DNA of 64,000 nt from Thermoanaerobaculia bacterium (GTDB lineage Bacteria; Acidobacteriota; Thermoanaerobaculia; Gp7-AA8). Below are positions 9,724-18,839 of the stretch, in pieces. Each line of letters opens with the position of its first letter. The stretch's first letter is position 1. The notes under the pieces are model-generated. The model did no database searches, was not told where the DNA came from, and worked only from the letters and a program-made list of their open reading frames with translations. Position numbers and translations under genes: made by a program. Where the stretch lies: NCBI GenBank assembly GCA_034665065.1, contig JAXDGL010000001.1, positions 34,691-98,690 on the forward strand, read 5' to 3'.

Positions 9724-9766
9724 TCACGCGGAGACGCGGAGAAAGCCTCCGCGGTCTCCGCGTGAA
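9724..9766. repeat. Palindromic MITE/REP-like element family A (CACGCGGAGACGCGGAG...CTCCGCGTCTCCGCGTG), short copy
   Basis: tcacgcggagacgcggag...ctccgcggtctccgcgtgaa; five further copies occur in the window. Confidence 0.85.
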
Positions 9767-9805
9767 CCCGTAACCCTGTTGCTTCGAAGGAGAAATCGAA
9801 CCTCC

Positions 9806-11071
9806 CTACTCGTACCGCAGCGCGTCGATCGGATCCAGCTTTGCTGCTTTGTACGCGGGGTAGATTCCGAAGAACAGGCCGATCGAGATCGAGACCACCA
9901 AGCCCACGACGATCGACCAGATCGGCGTGGCCGTCTCCAGCGGGCTGACCTTGCGCACGACCAGCGCGATCAGCATGCCCGCCGCGACGCCGATGATGCC
10001 GCCCATCCCTGACAGCGTCATCGCTTCGGTCAGAAACTGCACGACGATGTCCCGCCGCACGGCGCCGATCGCTTTGCGCACGCCGATCTCGCGCGTCCGC
10101 TCCGTCACCGACACGAGCATGATGTTCATGACTCCCACACCGCCAACCAGCAGCGCGATCGATGAGATGAAGATCATCGCCAGCGTGATGCCGCCGGTGA
10201 CAGCCTTGAAGTTTCCGATCAACTTGTCGGGCGTCATCAGACCGAAGTCATTCGGCTTGTTGAAGGGGACTTTGCGCCGCGCGCGAAGCACGGCGGTCCC
10301 CTCTTCCGTGATGCGATCGACCCATTCCGGTCTGCGCGGAACGGTAGCGATGTTCACACCCATCGTTCTCTTGATCGACGGGAAATGCGCATCGAATGTC
10401 GTGATGGGGATGAAGATGTGCGAATCGGTCGACTCGAAGAACGTTGCGCCCTGCTTCTCCATCACGCCGATGACCGTGAACTTGCGGCCGAAGATCGTCA
10501 CTTCCTTGCCGAGGGGATCGCGGCGCTGGAAGAGTGTATCGGCGATGCCGGAGCCGACGACGATGACCGGCGCGCTCGATCGAACGTCGCTGTCGCTGAT
10601 GAAGCGCCCTTCGCCGACAAAGTGATTGTTCGCGATCGTATAGTCCTGATTCACGCCTCCGAACTCGTCGGGCGTGGCCTGCTGGCTCTTGTAGATCACT
10701 TCCAGCGACGCGTTGTTGCCGTTCCAGTAACGCTCGGGCGAAACGGCCAGCATCGAAGGGCAGAGGCGCTTGAGCGCCATCGCATCCTCGTACGTCAGAT
10801 CTTTCCGCATCCGCTGCGATTCGTCGTTGTTGCCGGGACCGAAGCGCGGATCGAATTTCTGGAACTGCACGAGCGTCGCACCGAAGGATTGAAACTCGCG
10901 CGTGACGTTGTTGTTGAACCCTTCGATGATCGAGACCATGGCGATGACCGTCGTCACGCCGATGACGATGCCGAGCACCGTGAGCGCGGAGCGGAGCTTG
11001 TACGCGGTCAGCGCGCGCGCGGCGAAGCGGACATTCTCACGGGCAGCAAGGATGTGGTCACGTGCGCGCAT
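9806..11071 (-). CDS. ABC transporter permease (MacB/FtsX family, no fused ATPase)
   Basis: LRSALTVLGIVIGV, VGGVGVMNIMLVSVTERTREIGVRKAIGA and PAYKAAKLDPIDALRYE motifs. True start about 11071; the longer ORF-track N-terminus is a shadow frame. Confidence 0.92.
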   Translation of the reverse strand: MRARDHILAARENVRFAARALTAYKLRSALTVLGIVIGVTTVIAMVSIIEGFNNNVTREFQSFGATLVQFQKFDPRFGPGNNDESQRMRKDLTYEDAMALKRLCPSMLAVSPERYWNGNNASLEVIYKSQQATPDEFGGVNQDYTIANNHFVGEGRFISDSDVRSSAPVIVVGSGIADTLFQRRDPLGKEVTIFGRKFTVIGVMEKQGATFFESTDSHIFIPITTFDAHFPSIKRTMGVNIATVPRRPEWVDRITEEGTAVLRARRKVPFNKPNDFGLMTPDKLIGNFKAVTGGITLAMIFISSIALLVGGVGVMNIMLVSVTERTREIGVRKAIGAVRRDIVVQFLTEAMTLSGMGGIIGVAAGMLIALVVRKVSPLETATPIWSIVVGLVVSISIGLFFGIYPAYKAAKLDPIDALRYE

Positions 11072-11076
11072 CACGA

Positions 11077-12288
11077 TTACTCCGACCTCAACGCATCGAT
11101 CGGCGGCAGGTTCGCCGCGCGCATCGCGGGAAAAAATCCAGCGGCGACGCCGGTGATCACCGCGATCATCAGACCGCTGATGACGAGCGAAGGTCTGACC
11201 AGCGTCGGCAACGGGAACACGGCAGAAATCACGAAACTGATCAGCGAGCCGAGGAGCACGCCGGCGATTCCGCCGCCAAGGGAGAGGAGAATCGCCTCGG
11301 TGAGAAACTGAAACTGGATGTTGCGTTTGCGCGCGCCGAGGGCGCGGCGAATCCCGATCTCGCGCGTCCGCTCGATCACCGACACCAGCATGATGTTCGT
11401 GATGACGATGCCGCCGACGACGAGCGAGATGCCGGAGATGAAGATCATCACCGCGAATCCCGCCGCCGAGATGCTCTTCCACAACGACTGCAGCGCTTCG
11501 GCCGAGACAACGCCGAACGGATCGTCGGCGCGAAACCCCGTCTTGCGCCGGCCGCGGATCAGCACGCGCACCTGATCGAGAGACTTCTCCAATCCGGGAA
11601 CGCCGCCCGCCGCGCGAATGTAGAGATTGAGTCCTCGCTTCGAGCCAAATGCTTTCTGGTACGCCGTGAGCGGGATGTAGAGCTGATTGTCCTGACTTCG
11701 TCCGAGAACCGAACCCTGTTTGCGGAGCAATCCGATGACGCGCGCGGGGCGGCCGGCGATGTGAATCGTGCGCCCGATCGGATCGAGCTTGCCGAAGAGC
11801 TCGTCCTTCACGTCCGATCCGATCACCGTCACCATCGCCGCATGCTCATCCTCGGTACGCGTGAAGAAGCGGCCCTCCTCGACGTCGACGTTGCTGATCT
11901 CGCCGATGTTGGCCGTGCCGCCCTGCACACGAACGCCGCCCAACTTCTGCGCGCCGTTCTTGACGGTCATGCTGTTCGCTTCCTGCGCTCCGACGGCTGC
12001 GCACAGAGTGCACTGCGCGCGGATGGCCTCGTAGTCGTGCCAGTCGATCTTCTTGCGCTTCACCGCGGTCAGAAATTGCTCGCGGCTCGTGATGATGCCG
12101 AATTGCGTGACGACGTAGACGTCGGGACTGAGCGTGAACACTTTCTCCGCAATGTAGGAGTTCAGGCCGGAGATGATCGAGACGACGGAGATGACGGTCA
12201 TCACGCCGACGATCACGCCGAGCAGCGTGAGGAAGCTGCGAAGCTTGTGCGCGGCGAGCGCGGCGACTGCGATGCGGAGAGTGTCCAT
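11077..12288 (-). CDS. ABC transporter permease (MacB/FtsX family)
   Basis: KLRSFLTLLGVIVGV...VGGIVITNIMLVSVIERTREIGIRRALGA...PIDALRSE. Confidence 0.92.
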   Translation of the reverse strand: MDTLRIAVAALAAHKLRSFLTLLGVIVGVMTVISVVSIISGLNSYIAEKVFTLSPDVYVVTQFGIITSREQFLTAVKRKKIDWHDYEAIRAQCTLCAAVGAQEANSMTVKNGAQKLGGVRVQGGTANIGEISNVDVEEGRFFTRTEDEHAAMVTVIGSDVKDELFGKLDPIGRTIHIAGRPARVIGLLRKQGSVLGRSQDNQLYIPLTAYQKAFGSKRGLNLYIRAAGGVPGLEKSLDQVRVLIRGRRKTGFRADDPFGVVSAEALQSLWKSISAAGFAVMIFISGISLVVGGIVITNIMLVSVIERTREIGIRRALGARKRNIQFQFLTEAILLSLGGGIAGVLLGSLISFVISAVFPLPTLVRPSLVISGLMIAVITGVAAGFFPAMRAANLPPIDALRSE

Positions 12289-12296
12289 GATGTCCT

Positions 12297-12429
12297 GGGT
12301 GTCGGGTGTCGGCTGTCAGGTGTCGGGTGTCGGGTGTCGATGACTCGTTGGCTGGCGCGGCCGACCGCGCGCAGCTCGAACCACTAATCCACTGATCACT
12401 AATCCACTGATCACTGATCACTGATCACT
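12297..12429. repeat. Opposed heptamer tandem arrays: (GGGTGTC)x6 and (CACTGAT)-type x~7
   Basis: Read directly at 12297-12338 and 12381-12429 in the macA-macB intergenic region. Confidence 0.9.
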
Positions 12430-12434
12430 CATCG

Positions 12435-13673
12435 CTAGCCCTTCTTATCCCCGCTCGCTCCTTCGCCTTCCTTCTCTTTCTGCTCCTTCACCTTCGTCCC
12501 ATCCTTCAACTCACGCAACGCGCGGAAGGGGCCGGTGATGATTTGCTGTCCTTCCTTTGCGCCGCTCACAATCTCGATCGCGCTGTCGCCGGAAAGGCCT
12601 GTCGTGACGGTCTCGAACTTCACGGCGCCGTTCTCATTGATGAAGACGCCTTCCTCATCCTGCGGCTTGCCGGGCGCACTTCCTTTTTTTTCGCGGACGA
12701 CAAGGGCCTGGACCGGGATCGCCAGAGCTTTGGTGCGCGTGCCGGTGATGATGTCTGCCGACGCGGAGAAGCCGGGACGAACACCGGGCGGCGGATTCTC
12801 GATCTGGATCTTGACCTCGAAGTTCACCGCCTCCGTGCTGCCGCTTCCGGAAAGGCCGTTTCGTTTGATGGGACTCGATGCCACCTCGGTCACGAGGCCG
12901 GGGAACGTCTTGTTCGGATAGGCGTCGATCGTGACGTTGGCGCGCTGGCCGACTTTCACCGCCGGAACGTCGGTCTCGTCAACCTCCATCACTGCTTCGA
13001 CGACGCTCATGTCGGCGATCGTCATGAGCACGGTGCCGGCGTTGTTCATCGTTCCGATGACGGCGACTTCCCCTTCCTCTACGGGAAGAGCGGTGACGAT
13101 GCCGGCCATCGGCGCGCGCATCGTCGTCTTCTGCAGTGTGTCGCGCGCGGCGTTGAGGTTCTCGCGCGCCTGGCTGATGCGCTGCTCGAGCGCCATCACG
13201 TTGGCGCGCGCGGAGTCGCGAGCACTCTGGGCGCGATCGAGGTCGGCGCGGGGAATGATCTTCTGATCGAAGTTTTTCTGCGCGCGCTGAAAGTCCTGTT
13301 CCGCGGCGATCGCCTGCGCTTTCGCGGCATCGCGGTCGGAGAAGACCGCCTGGAGCGCGGCGTCGGCGCTGCGCGCGGAGGCAGCGAGTTGCTTCTGATC
13401 GATCTGCAGAAGGAAGTCGCCCTTCTTGACGACGTCGCCCTCGCGCACGGCCAGGTTGACGACCTGCCCCATCACGTTCGCGGAAAGATCCACTTTGCGT
13501 TTGGCGTCGATGCGCCCGTTCGCGGAGACCTTGCTCGTCAAATCCTGCCGCTTCACGTTGCCGAAGGTGACGGGCGTGATGTCTTTGCCGCGATTCGATA
13601 CAAATCCGGCAGTGACCATGCCCGCAACGACGAGCACGACCACTCCGATGATGATTTTGGTGCGACGCCTCAT
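12435..13673 (-). CDS. Efflux periplasmic adaptor subunit (MacA/HlyD family)
   Basis: N-terminal TM anchor, lipoyl-like GQVVNLAVREGDVVKKGDFL, alpha-hairpin, and TMRAPMAGIV motif. Confidence 0.92.
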   Translation of the reverse strand: MRRRTKIIIGVVVLVVAGMVTAGFVSNRGKDITPVTFGNVKRQDLTSKVSANGRIDAKRKVDLSANVMGQVVNLAVREGDVVKKGDFLLQIDQKQLAASARSADAALQAVFSDRDAAKAQAIAAEQDFQRAQKNFDQKIIPRADLDRAQSARDSARANVMALEQRISQARENLNAARDTLQKTTMRAPMAGIVTALPVEEGEVAVIGTMNNAGTVLMTIADMSVVEAVMEVDETDVPAVKVGQRANVTIDAYPNKTFPGLVTEVASSPIKRNGLSGSGSTEAVNFEVKIQIENPPPGVRPGFSASADIITGTRTKALAIPVQALVVREKKGSAPGKPQDEEGVFINENGAVKFETVTTGLSGDSAIEIVSGAKEGQQIITGPFRALRELKDGTKVKEQKEKEGEGASGDKKG

Positions 13674-13740
13674 GAACGGATCTCCTTGATGGGAGAGCTA
13701 TACGGGAATGGTGCTTCGGGGTTGCGAATCACGAAAGTCA

Positions 13741-13818
13741 AAGGCGTTTCACGCGGAGACGCGGAGGGCGCGGAGTTGCTTTTCTTCGCGCTCCCCGCGT
13801 CTCCGCGTGAAATGCCTT
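13741..13818. repeat. Family A palindromic element
   Basis: aaggcgtttcacgcggagacgcggag...ccccgcgtctccgcgtgaaatgcctt. Confidence 0.9.
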
Positions 13819-13890
13819 TGTTTTTCAGTCATCCCGAACATTCATGAGAATGCATAACGATTTGGGCAGGAGTCGTACACTTGAGGTTCA

Positions 13891-14919
13891 TTGGATCTGC
13901 AAGTCACCATCGATGGCCGTCCGCTGGTCGGGAACCGTACGGGAATCGGCGTTCACACCGCCGAGATCGCGCGCCGGCTCGGCGTTGACGCGCCGCTCAT
14001 CGCATCGCATGCGGAGATCGCCGACCGCTCGGGCCTCGAGAACTGCCGCTTCCGCGTCGATCCGATGCCCCTTGGCGTGATCTGGCAGCAACTGGTTTTG
14101 CCGCGTATCGCGGATATAGGCGTGCTCTGGGCTCCGCACGGAACACTGCCGCTGGCGTTGCGCATCCCATCCGTCGCCACGCTTCACGACTTCAGCTCGC
14201 TCACCATGCCACTCCGTCATCGCGCGAAGACCGTTCTCTCCTTTAATGTCTTCATCGGACGAAGCCTGCAGATGGCCACGCGCATCGCTGCGGTGTCGCG
14301 CGTGGTCGCGGAAGAAGCGGTGCGCTGGTTCGGCGTGGCGCGCGAGAGGATCGAGATCGTGCCGAATGGCGTCGACGAATTTTTTGCTCCGGGTGACGGC
14401 GATGGCGAAGAAGAACCAGGCTACGTGCTCTTCGTCGGCACGATCGAGCCGCGCAAAGGGCTCGACGATCTGCTCGCGGTCTGGGATTCGCTGTCCGCGC
14501 CGCGTCCGCGGCTCGTGCTCTGCGGCGACGCCGGCTGGGGCGGCGTTGCGCTGCCGCGCGGCGCGGAGGTCACCGGCTACGTGGATCGTACGACGTTGCG
14601 CGATCTTTATCGTCGCGCGCGCGCGTTCGTCTATCCGTCACGTTACGAAGGCTTCGGCATTCCGCCGCTCGAAGCGATGGCGTGCGGTGCGCCGGTCATC
14701 GCCACGCGCACGGGCGCCGTTCCCGAATATGCAGACGGTGCGGCGCTGCTCGTCGATCCCGGCGATCGCGGCGGATTGCGCGACGCGCTCGTCCGGCTTT
14801 TGCGCGATCGGACATTGCGATCCGAGTTGCGCGAGCGCGGTGCCGGGCGCGCGCGAACGTACTCGTGGCAGCGTTCCGCGACCCTGATGACCGAACTTCT
14901 GGCCGAGGCAGGGCGATGA
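13891..14919 (+). CDS. Glycosyltransferase family 4 (GT-B)
   Basis: FVGTIEPRKG and PSRYEGFGIPPLEAMACG motifs; TTG start after GAGG. Confidence 0.9.
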   Translation: MDLQVTIDGRPLVGNRTGIGVHTAEIARRLGVDAPLIASHAEIADRSGLENCRFRVDPMPLGVIWQQLVLPRIADIGVLWAPHGTLPLALRIPSVATLHDFSSLTMPLRHRAKTVLSFNVFIGRSLQMATRIAAVSRVVAEEAVRWFGVARERIEIVPNGVDEFFAPGDGDGEEEPGYVLFVGTIEPRKGLDDLLAVWDSLSAPRPRLVLCGDAGWGGVALPRGAEVTGYVDRTTLRDLYRRARAFVYPSRYEGFGIPPLEAMACGAPVIATRTGAVPEYADGAALLVDPGDRGGLRDALVRLLRDRTLRSELRERGAGRARTYSWQRSATLMTELLAEAGR

Positions 14920-15923
14920 GAATCGGCGTAGATGCGAGGAAAATGGCCGATTTCGGGATCGGTACGTACATCCGGGAGTTGCTGCACGCGCTCACCGCGC
15001 TCGGGGGCGATGACACGTACATCGCCTTCGCGCCGCGGCGTCACGCGCACCTGCTGCCGCCCGGCGTGGAGCTCATCGAAGTCGACGCGCCGCACTATTC
15101 GATCCGCGAGCTCGTCACGATCGGGCGCGCGATCGATCGCGCGAAGATCGATCTCTTTCACGCGCCGCACTACGTCGTTCCCTTCACCAGCACTCCGTTT
15201 GTCGTCACCGTCCACGATCTCATTCACCTTCGTCATCCCAACCCGCTGGCGCGGACGTATGCGCGGCAGATGATCGGACGCGCGGTGCGCAGAAGCCGGC
15301 GCGTGCTGACCGTGAGCGAGACGGTGAAAGGCGAGATCGTGGCGACGTTCGGATGCAGCGACGATCATGTGGTCGTCACGCCGAACGGCGTCACTGCACC
15401 GTTCACGGCGGAGGGCAACGCGGCGGAAGGACGCTACTTCCTCTACGCCGGCAACGACAAGCCGCACAAGAACGTCGATCTGCTCGTCGATGCGTTCGCG
15501 CGGATCAGCGGCGCGTCGCTCGTGCTGACCGGCGCGCCGTTCGAACGGTTCCGCGACCGCGATGGCGTGATCATCAGCGGATTCGTGAAGGATGAGGAGC
15601 TCGCGGCGCTCTACCGCGGCGCGTTGGCGCTGGTGATGCCGAGCCGCGAGGAAGGGTTTGGACTGCCGGCGCTCGAGGCGATGGCCTGCGGCACAGCGGT
15701 GATCACGTCCAACGCGCCGGCGCTGGTCGAGATCACCGGCGATGCGGCGCTGCACGTTGATGCGACGATCGACGCGCTCGCCGATGCGATGCAGCGCGTC
15801 GCATCCGACTCCGTGCTGCGCGGAGATCTCGCGCGCCGCGGCATCGAGCGCGCGAGATTTTTCACGTGGACGCGCTGCGCGGAACGCACGCGCGACGCGT
15901 TTCGCGCCGCGATGAATCGCTGA
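14916..15923 (+). CDS. Glycosyltransferase family 4 (GT-B)
   Basis: MRIGVDAR start coupled by ATGA to the previous stop; PSREEGFGLPALEAMACG motif. Confidence 0.9.
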   Translation: MRIGVDARKMADFGIGTYIRELLHALTALGGDDTYIAFAPRRHAHLLPPGVELIEVDAPHYSIRELVTIGRAIDRAKIDLFHAPHYVVPFTSTPFVVTVHDLIHLRHPNPLARTYARQMIGRAVRRSRRVLTVSETVKGEIVATFGCSDDHVVVTPNGVTAPFTAEGNAAEGRYFLYAGNDKPHKNVDLLVDAFARISGASLVLTGAPFERFRDRDGVIISGFVKDEELAALYRGALALVMPSREEGFGLPALEAMACGTAVITSNAPALVEITGDAALHVDATIDALADAMQRVASDSVLRGDLARRGIERARFFTWTRCAERTRDAFRAAMNR

Positions 15924-15991
15924 AAAGGCGTCTTTTTCGTGGAACGGACGTGGAACATCGCGTCTCGATTACGATTTTCATAAACAATTGC

Positions 15992-16020
15992 TTGACAATA
16001 TGGATTAACGATCGCATATT
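15992..16020 (+). promoter_or_regulatory. Sigma70-like promoter TTGACA-N17-CATATT
   Basis: Perfect -35 hexamer in an AT-rich island upstream of the micropeptide. Confidence 0.55.
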
Positions 16021-16216
16021 AATGACAAGTTAAAACGATGATCGCCAGGAACTGGAAAAACACCCACGAAGCTCCGGTCAATGTCGAAGGTCGTCGTCTC
16101 TTCACTCCCCGCCGTAATCCGAATCCGAAAAACGATTTGCCGGCAAAGTCCGGCGTTGTTTGCCAAGTAGGCGCGACCGTGAGGTCCCGTACGGCATGAA
16201 AGGTGGTGAGCTTAAA

Positions 16217-16279
16217 ATGGCCGCAAAGAAAAAGGCAGCAGCGAAGAAGCCAGCGAAGAAGGCAGCGAAGAAGAAGTAA
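16217..16279 (+). CDS. 20-aa Lys/Ala-rich micropeptide MAAKKKAAAKKPAKKAAKKK (histone-H1-tail-like)
   Basis: AAAGGTGGT SD upstream, ATG 16217, TAA 16277-79, followed by a strong intrinsic terminator. Absent from the ORF track. Confidence 0.7.
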   Translation: MAAKKKAAAKKPAKKAAKKK

Positions 16280-16309
16280 GCATTTCAATCGACTTTTGGG
16301 GAGTCGTAC

Positions 16310-16341
16310 TCGAGGGGTCTTCGGACCCCTCGTTTTTTTTT
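16310..16341 (+). terminator. Rho-independent terminator
   Basis: cgaggggtc-ttcg-gacccctcg followed by a run of T's. Confidence 0.9.
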
Positions 16342-16391
16342 CGATAACCTTTTCCCGCGCTCTCCGTTCTTCACAGGTGGAGAACCTCCCC

Positions 16392-17063
16392 ATGCGCAAA
16401 ACACTTTTCCTCGCTGCGTTGTCGCTTCTCGCCGCCGGAGCCGCGTTCGCGGATCGCGAAGTCACGCACGCGTTCTCGACCTCCGCGCCGCGCGCTCGGG
16501 TCCGCCGCGTCGTCATCGACATTCCGGCCGGCAGCGTGAAGATCCGCAACGGCGCCGCCAATCGCATCGCCGTCCGCGGAGAAGTCCGCCGCCGGTTCGA
16601 CGGATATCGCCGTCGCGAGCGAGAACAGGCAATCGCCAACGACATCACGGCGGAGATCGTCATCGACGGCGACGAGGCGATCGTGCGCCGGCATTACGGA
16701 CCGGGCGCGCAGAGTTGGAGTGCGAAGAGCATCCGCTCCGTCGTCGAGATCACCGTCGATGTGCCAACCGGCATCGACGTCGACGTATCAACACACTACG
16801 GCGAAGTCGACATCGAGGGCGCGTTCGGCAATATCAATAGCGATCTCCGCGCCGGCGAAGTCCACGTGCGAACCCCGCGCGCCAACGTCCGCGATCTTCG
16901 AGCCTCGGTGCTGATCGGTGAAGTGCACACCTACTTCGGCGACCACTACATCGAGAACGAGGGACTCTTTCCGCGGACCGCGCATTTCCACAACGCGGCC
17001 GGGCGCTCGGACGTCAGCGTCCACTCGACCTTCGGCGAGGTACACGTCACGCTGACGCAGTGA
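16392..17063 (+). CDS. Secreted DUF4097-like (beta-strand repeat, putative adhesin) protein
   Basis: Signal peptide MRKTLFLAALSLLAAGAAFA; repeated beta motifs (VDVSTHYGEVDIEG, INSDLRAGEVHV, SVHSTFGEVHV). Confidence 0.7.
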   Translation: MRKTLFLAALSLLAAGAAFADREVTHAFSTSAPRARVRRVVIDIPAGSVKIRNGAANRIAVRGEVRRRFDGYRRREREQAIANDITAEIVIDGDEAIVRRHYGPGAQSWSAKSIRSVVEITVDVPTGIDVDVSTHYGEVDIEGAFGNINSDLRAGEVHVRTPRANVRDLRASVLIGEVHTYFGDHYIENEGLFPRTAHFHNAAGRSDVSVHSTFGEVHVTLTQ

Positions 17064-18111
17064 TGAACGCGGCGGCCTCGTCACGAGTCGTGATGCGGCC
17101 CATGAGTTGCGCTTCGAGCAACGCGCGCTTCAACTGCCCGACGCGCGGACCCGGCGGGATGCCCGACAGCGATGCGATCTCGTCGCCGCTGAGAAACGTC
17201 CACGTGCCGAAGTCGGGAAGCGCGACCGGTTCGTCGCGTCCGAGTGCGCGAAGCATCGGCGCGAGTTGCCGGGCCACGCGCTCCCCCGCATCGTAGAGAT
17301 CGAGCAGCGTGTGCGCGTCGCGCAGACGTTGCAGCGATTGCACATCGCGAAGCAGCGTCGCGCTCAACCGCCAGCGTTTTGCAAACACCTCAGGGTCGTC
17401 GATCAACAAAGCCAGCGCCGCCGCCACCGGCACATCGTCGGCGGCGAAGGAATCTTGATCGAGCGCATGCCCGAAGAGCGGGACATCGAGCGATGTGTCA
17501 TGCAGCAATGCAAGCGCACGACGGAATGACTTCGCCGAGAAAATGACGAGCAACTCGTAGGCGACGCGCTCCACAGCCACGCTGGTGATGCGTCCGGCGC
17601 GGATGCGAATCGCCTGCAGCGTGCTCTCCTCGATCGCGAAATCGAATCGCACGGCCATCCGCACGGCCTTCAACATCCGCAGCGGATCGTCATCGAAGTT
17701 GCTGGCGTCGACCATGCGGACGAGCCGTTGCCGGAGATCTTCACGGCCGCCGTGCGGATCGAGAAGCGCACCCGATGCGAGATCGACGGCCATGGCGTTG
17801 ATGGTGAAGTCGCGGCGGGCCAGATCGGCGTCAATGCTGCCATCGAGCAGCGCGGCGAAGTCGTAGACATGCGCGCCGTCGACGACGCGCCAGGCGCTGA
17901 GATGATCTTCGCGGCCGAGCCGGATGACCTTGCGCCCGAGGGTGCGGGCGCAGACGAACGGATCGAGACAGGCGACGTCGACATCCGCCGGCGCGGCGCC
18001 GAAGATCAGATCGCGCACCGCGCCACCGACGACGTAGGCACCGGCGGAGAGCCCGCGAAGCCGCGGAAAGAGGCGGAGAAGGTCGTCGCGGATATCTTTC
18101 ACGGCGTCCAC
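17047..18111 (-). CDS. CCA tRNA nucleotidyltransferase / poly(A) polymerase family
   Basis: YVVGGAVRD, DVDV, DLARRDFTINAMA and DDPLRMLKAVR motifs; GTG start with GAGG. Confidence 0.9.
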   Translation of the reverse strand: MDAVKDIRDDLLRLFPRLRGLSAGAYVVGGAVRDLIFGAAPADVDVACLDPFVCARTLGRKVIRLGREDHLSAWRVVDGAHVYDFAALLDGSIDADLARRDFTINAMAVDLASGALLDPHGGREDLRQRLVRMVDASNFDDDPLRMLKAVRMAVRFDFAIEESTLQAIRIRAGRITSVAVERVAYELLVIFSAKSFRRALALLHDTSLDVPLFGHALDQDSFAADDVPVAAALALLIDDPEVFAKRWRLSATLLRDVQSLQRLRDAHTLLDLYDAGERVARQLAPMLRALGRDEPVALPDFGTWTFLSGDEIASLSGIPPGPRVGQLKRALLEAQLMGRITTRDEAAAFITASA

Positions 18112-18123
18112 ACGACCCTCCCG

Positions 18124-18821
18124 GCTGTCATCCTGAGACTGCCGGAGCCGCCGCAAGTTTCGCTGCGATCGCTACCAGCAGGCGTCGGCGGCGGAGGACG
18201 TCGAAGGACCCCCTTCCTACATTCCGATTGGGTGGTGAGGAAAAGCGCGGCACGTGGGCGGGGGATCCTTCGACCGTCCTCCGCCGCGAACCCTGCTGAT
18301 GCAAACGCAGCGTGAAGGCGCGGCTTCGGCGGCTCAGGATGACAGGTCATAGGCGGGGGGTCCTTCGACCGTCCTCCGCCGCGAACCCTGCTGATGCAAA
18401 CGCAGCGTGAAGGCGCGGCTCCGGCGGCTCAGGATGACAGGTCATAGGCGGGGCCTCCTTCGACCGTCCTCCGCCGCGAAGCCTGCTGATGCAAACGCAG
18501 CGTGAAGGCGCGGCTTCGGCGGCTCAGGATGACAGATCAGGCGGGGGGTCCTTCGACCGTCCTCCGCCGCGAACCCTGCTGATGCAAACGCAGCGTGCAG
18601 GCGCGGCTTCGGCGGCTCAGGATGACAGGTTAGGCGGGGGGTCCTTCGACCGTCCTCCGCCGCGAACCCTGCTGATGCAAACGCAGCGTGAACGCGCGGC
18701 TCCGGCGGCTCAGGATGACAGGTCATAGGCGGGGCCTCCTTCGACCGTCTTCCGCCGCGAACCCTGCTGATGCAAACGCAGCGTGCAGGCGCGGCTTCGG
18801 CGGCTCAGGATGACAGGTCAT
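18124..18821. repeat. REP family B (GTCATCCTGAG-type) cluster: one inverted copy plus six tandem 93-95 bp direct units
   Basis: The anchor tccttcgacc recurs at 18266, 18361, 18456, 18549, 18642 and 18737, and each unit ends in ggcggctcaggatgac. The inverted copy starts at about 18124. Confidence 0.93.
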
Positions 18822-18839
18822 GCAGCGCCGCACTCGTTC

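Noticed and set aside
16100-16216. c-di-GMP-I or another known riboswitch
   Set aside because: A GGCAAA fragment is present, but the remaining consensus and pairing could not be matched by eye.
16203-16391. N-terminal extension of the 286-aa ORF in the track
   Set aside because: It crosses a terminator and is an off-frame reading of the micropeptide; the signal peptide starts at 16392.
18257-18821. CRISPR array
   Set aside because: The whole 93-95 bp unit is repeated with no unique spacers, there are no cas genes, and the unit matches dispersed REP family B.
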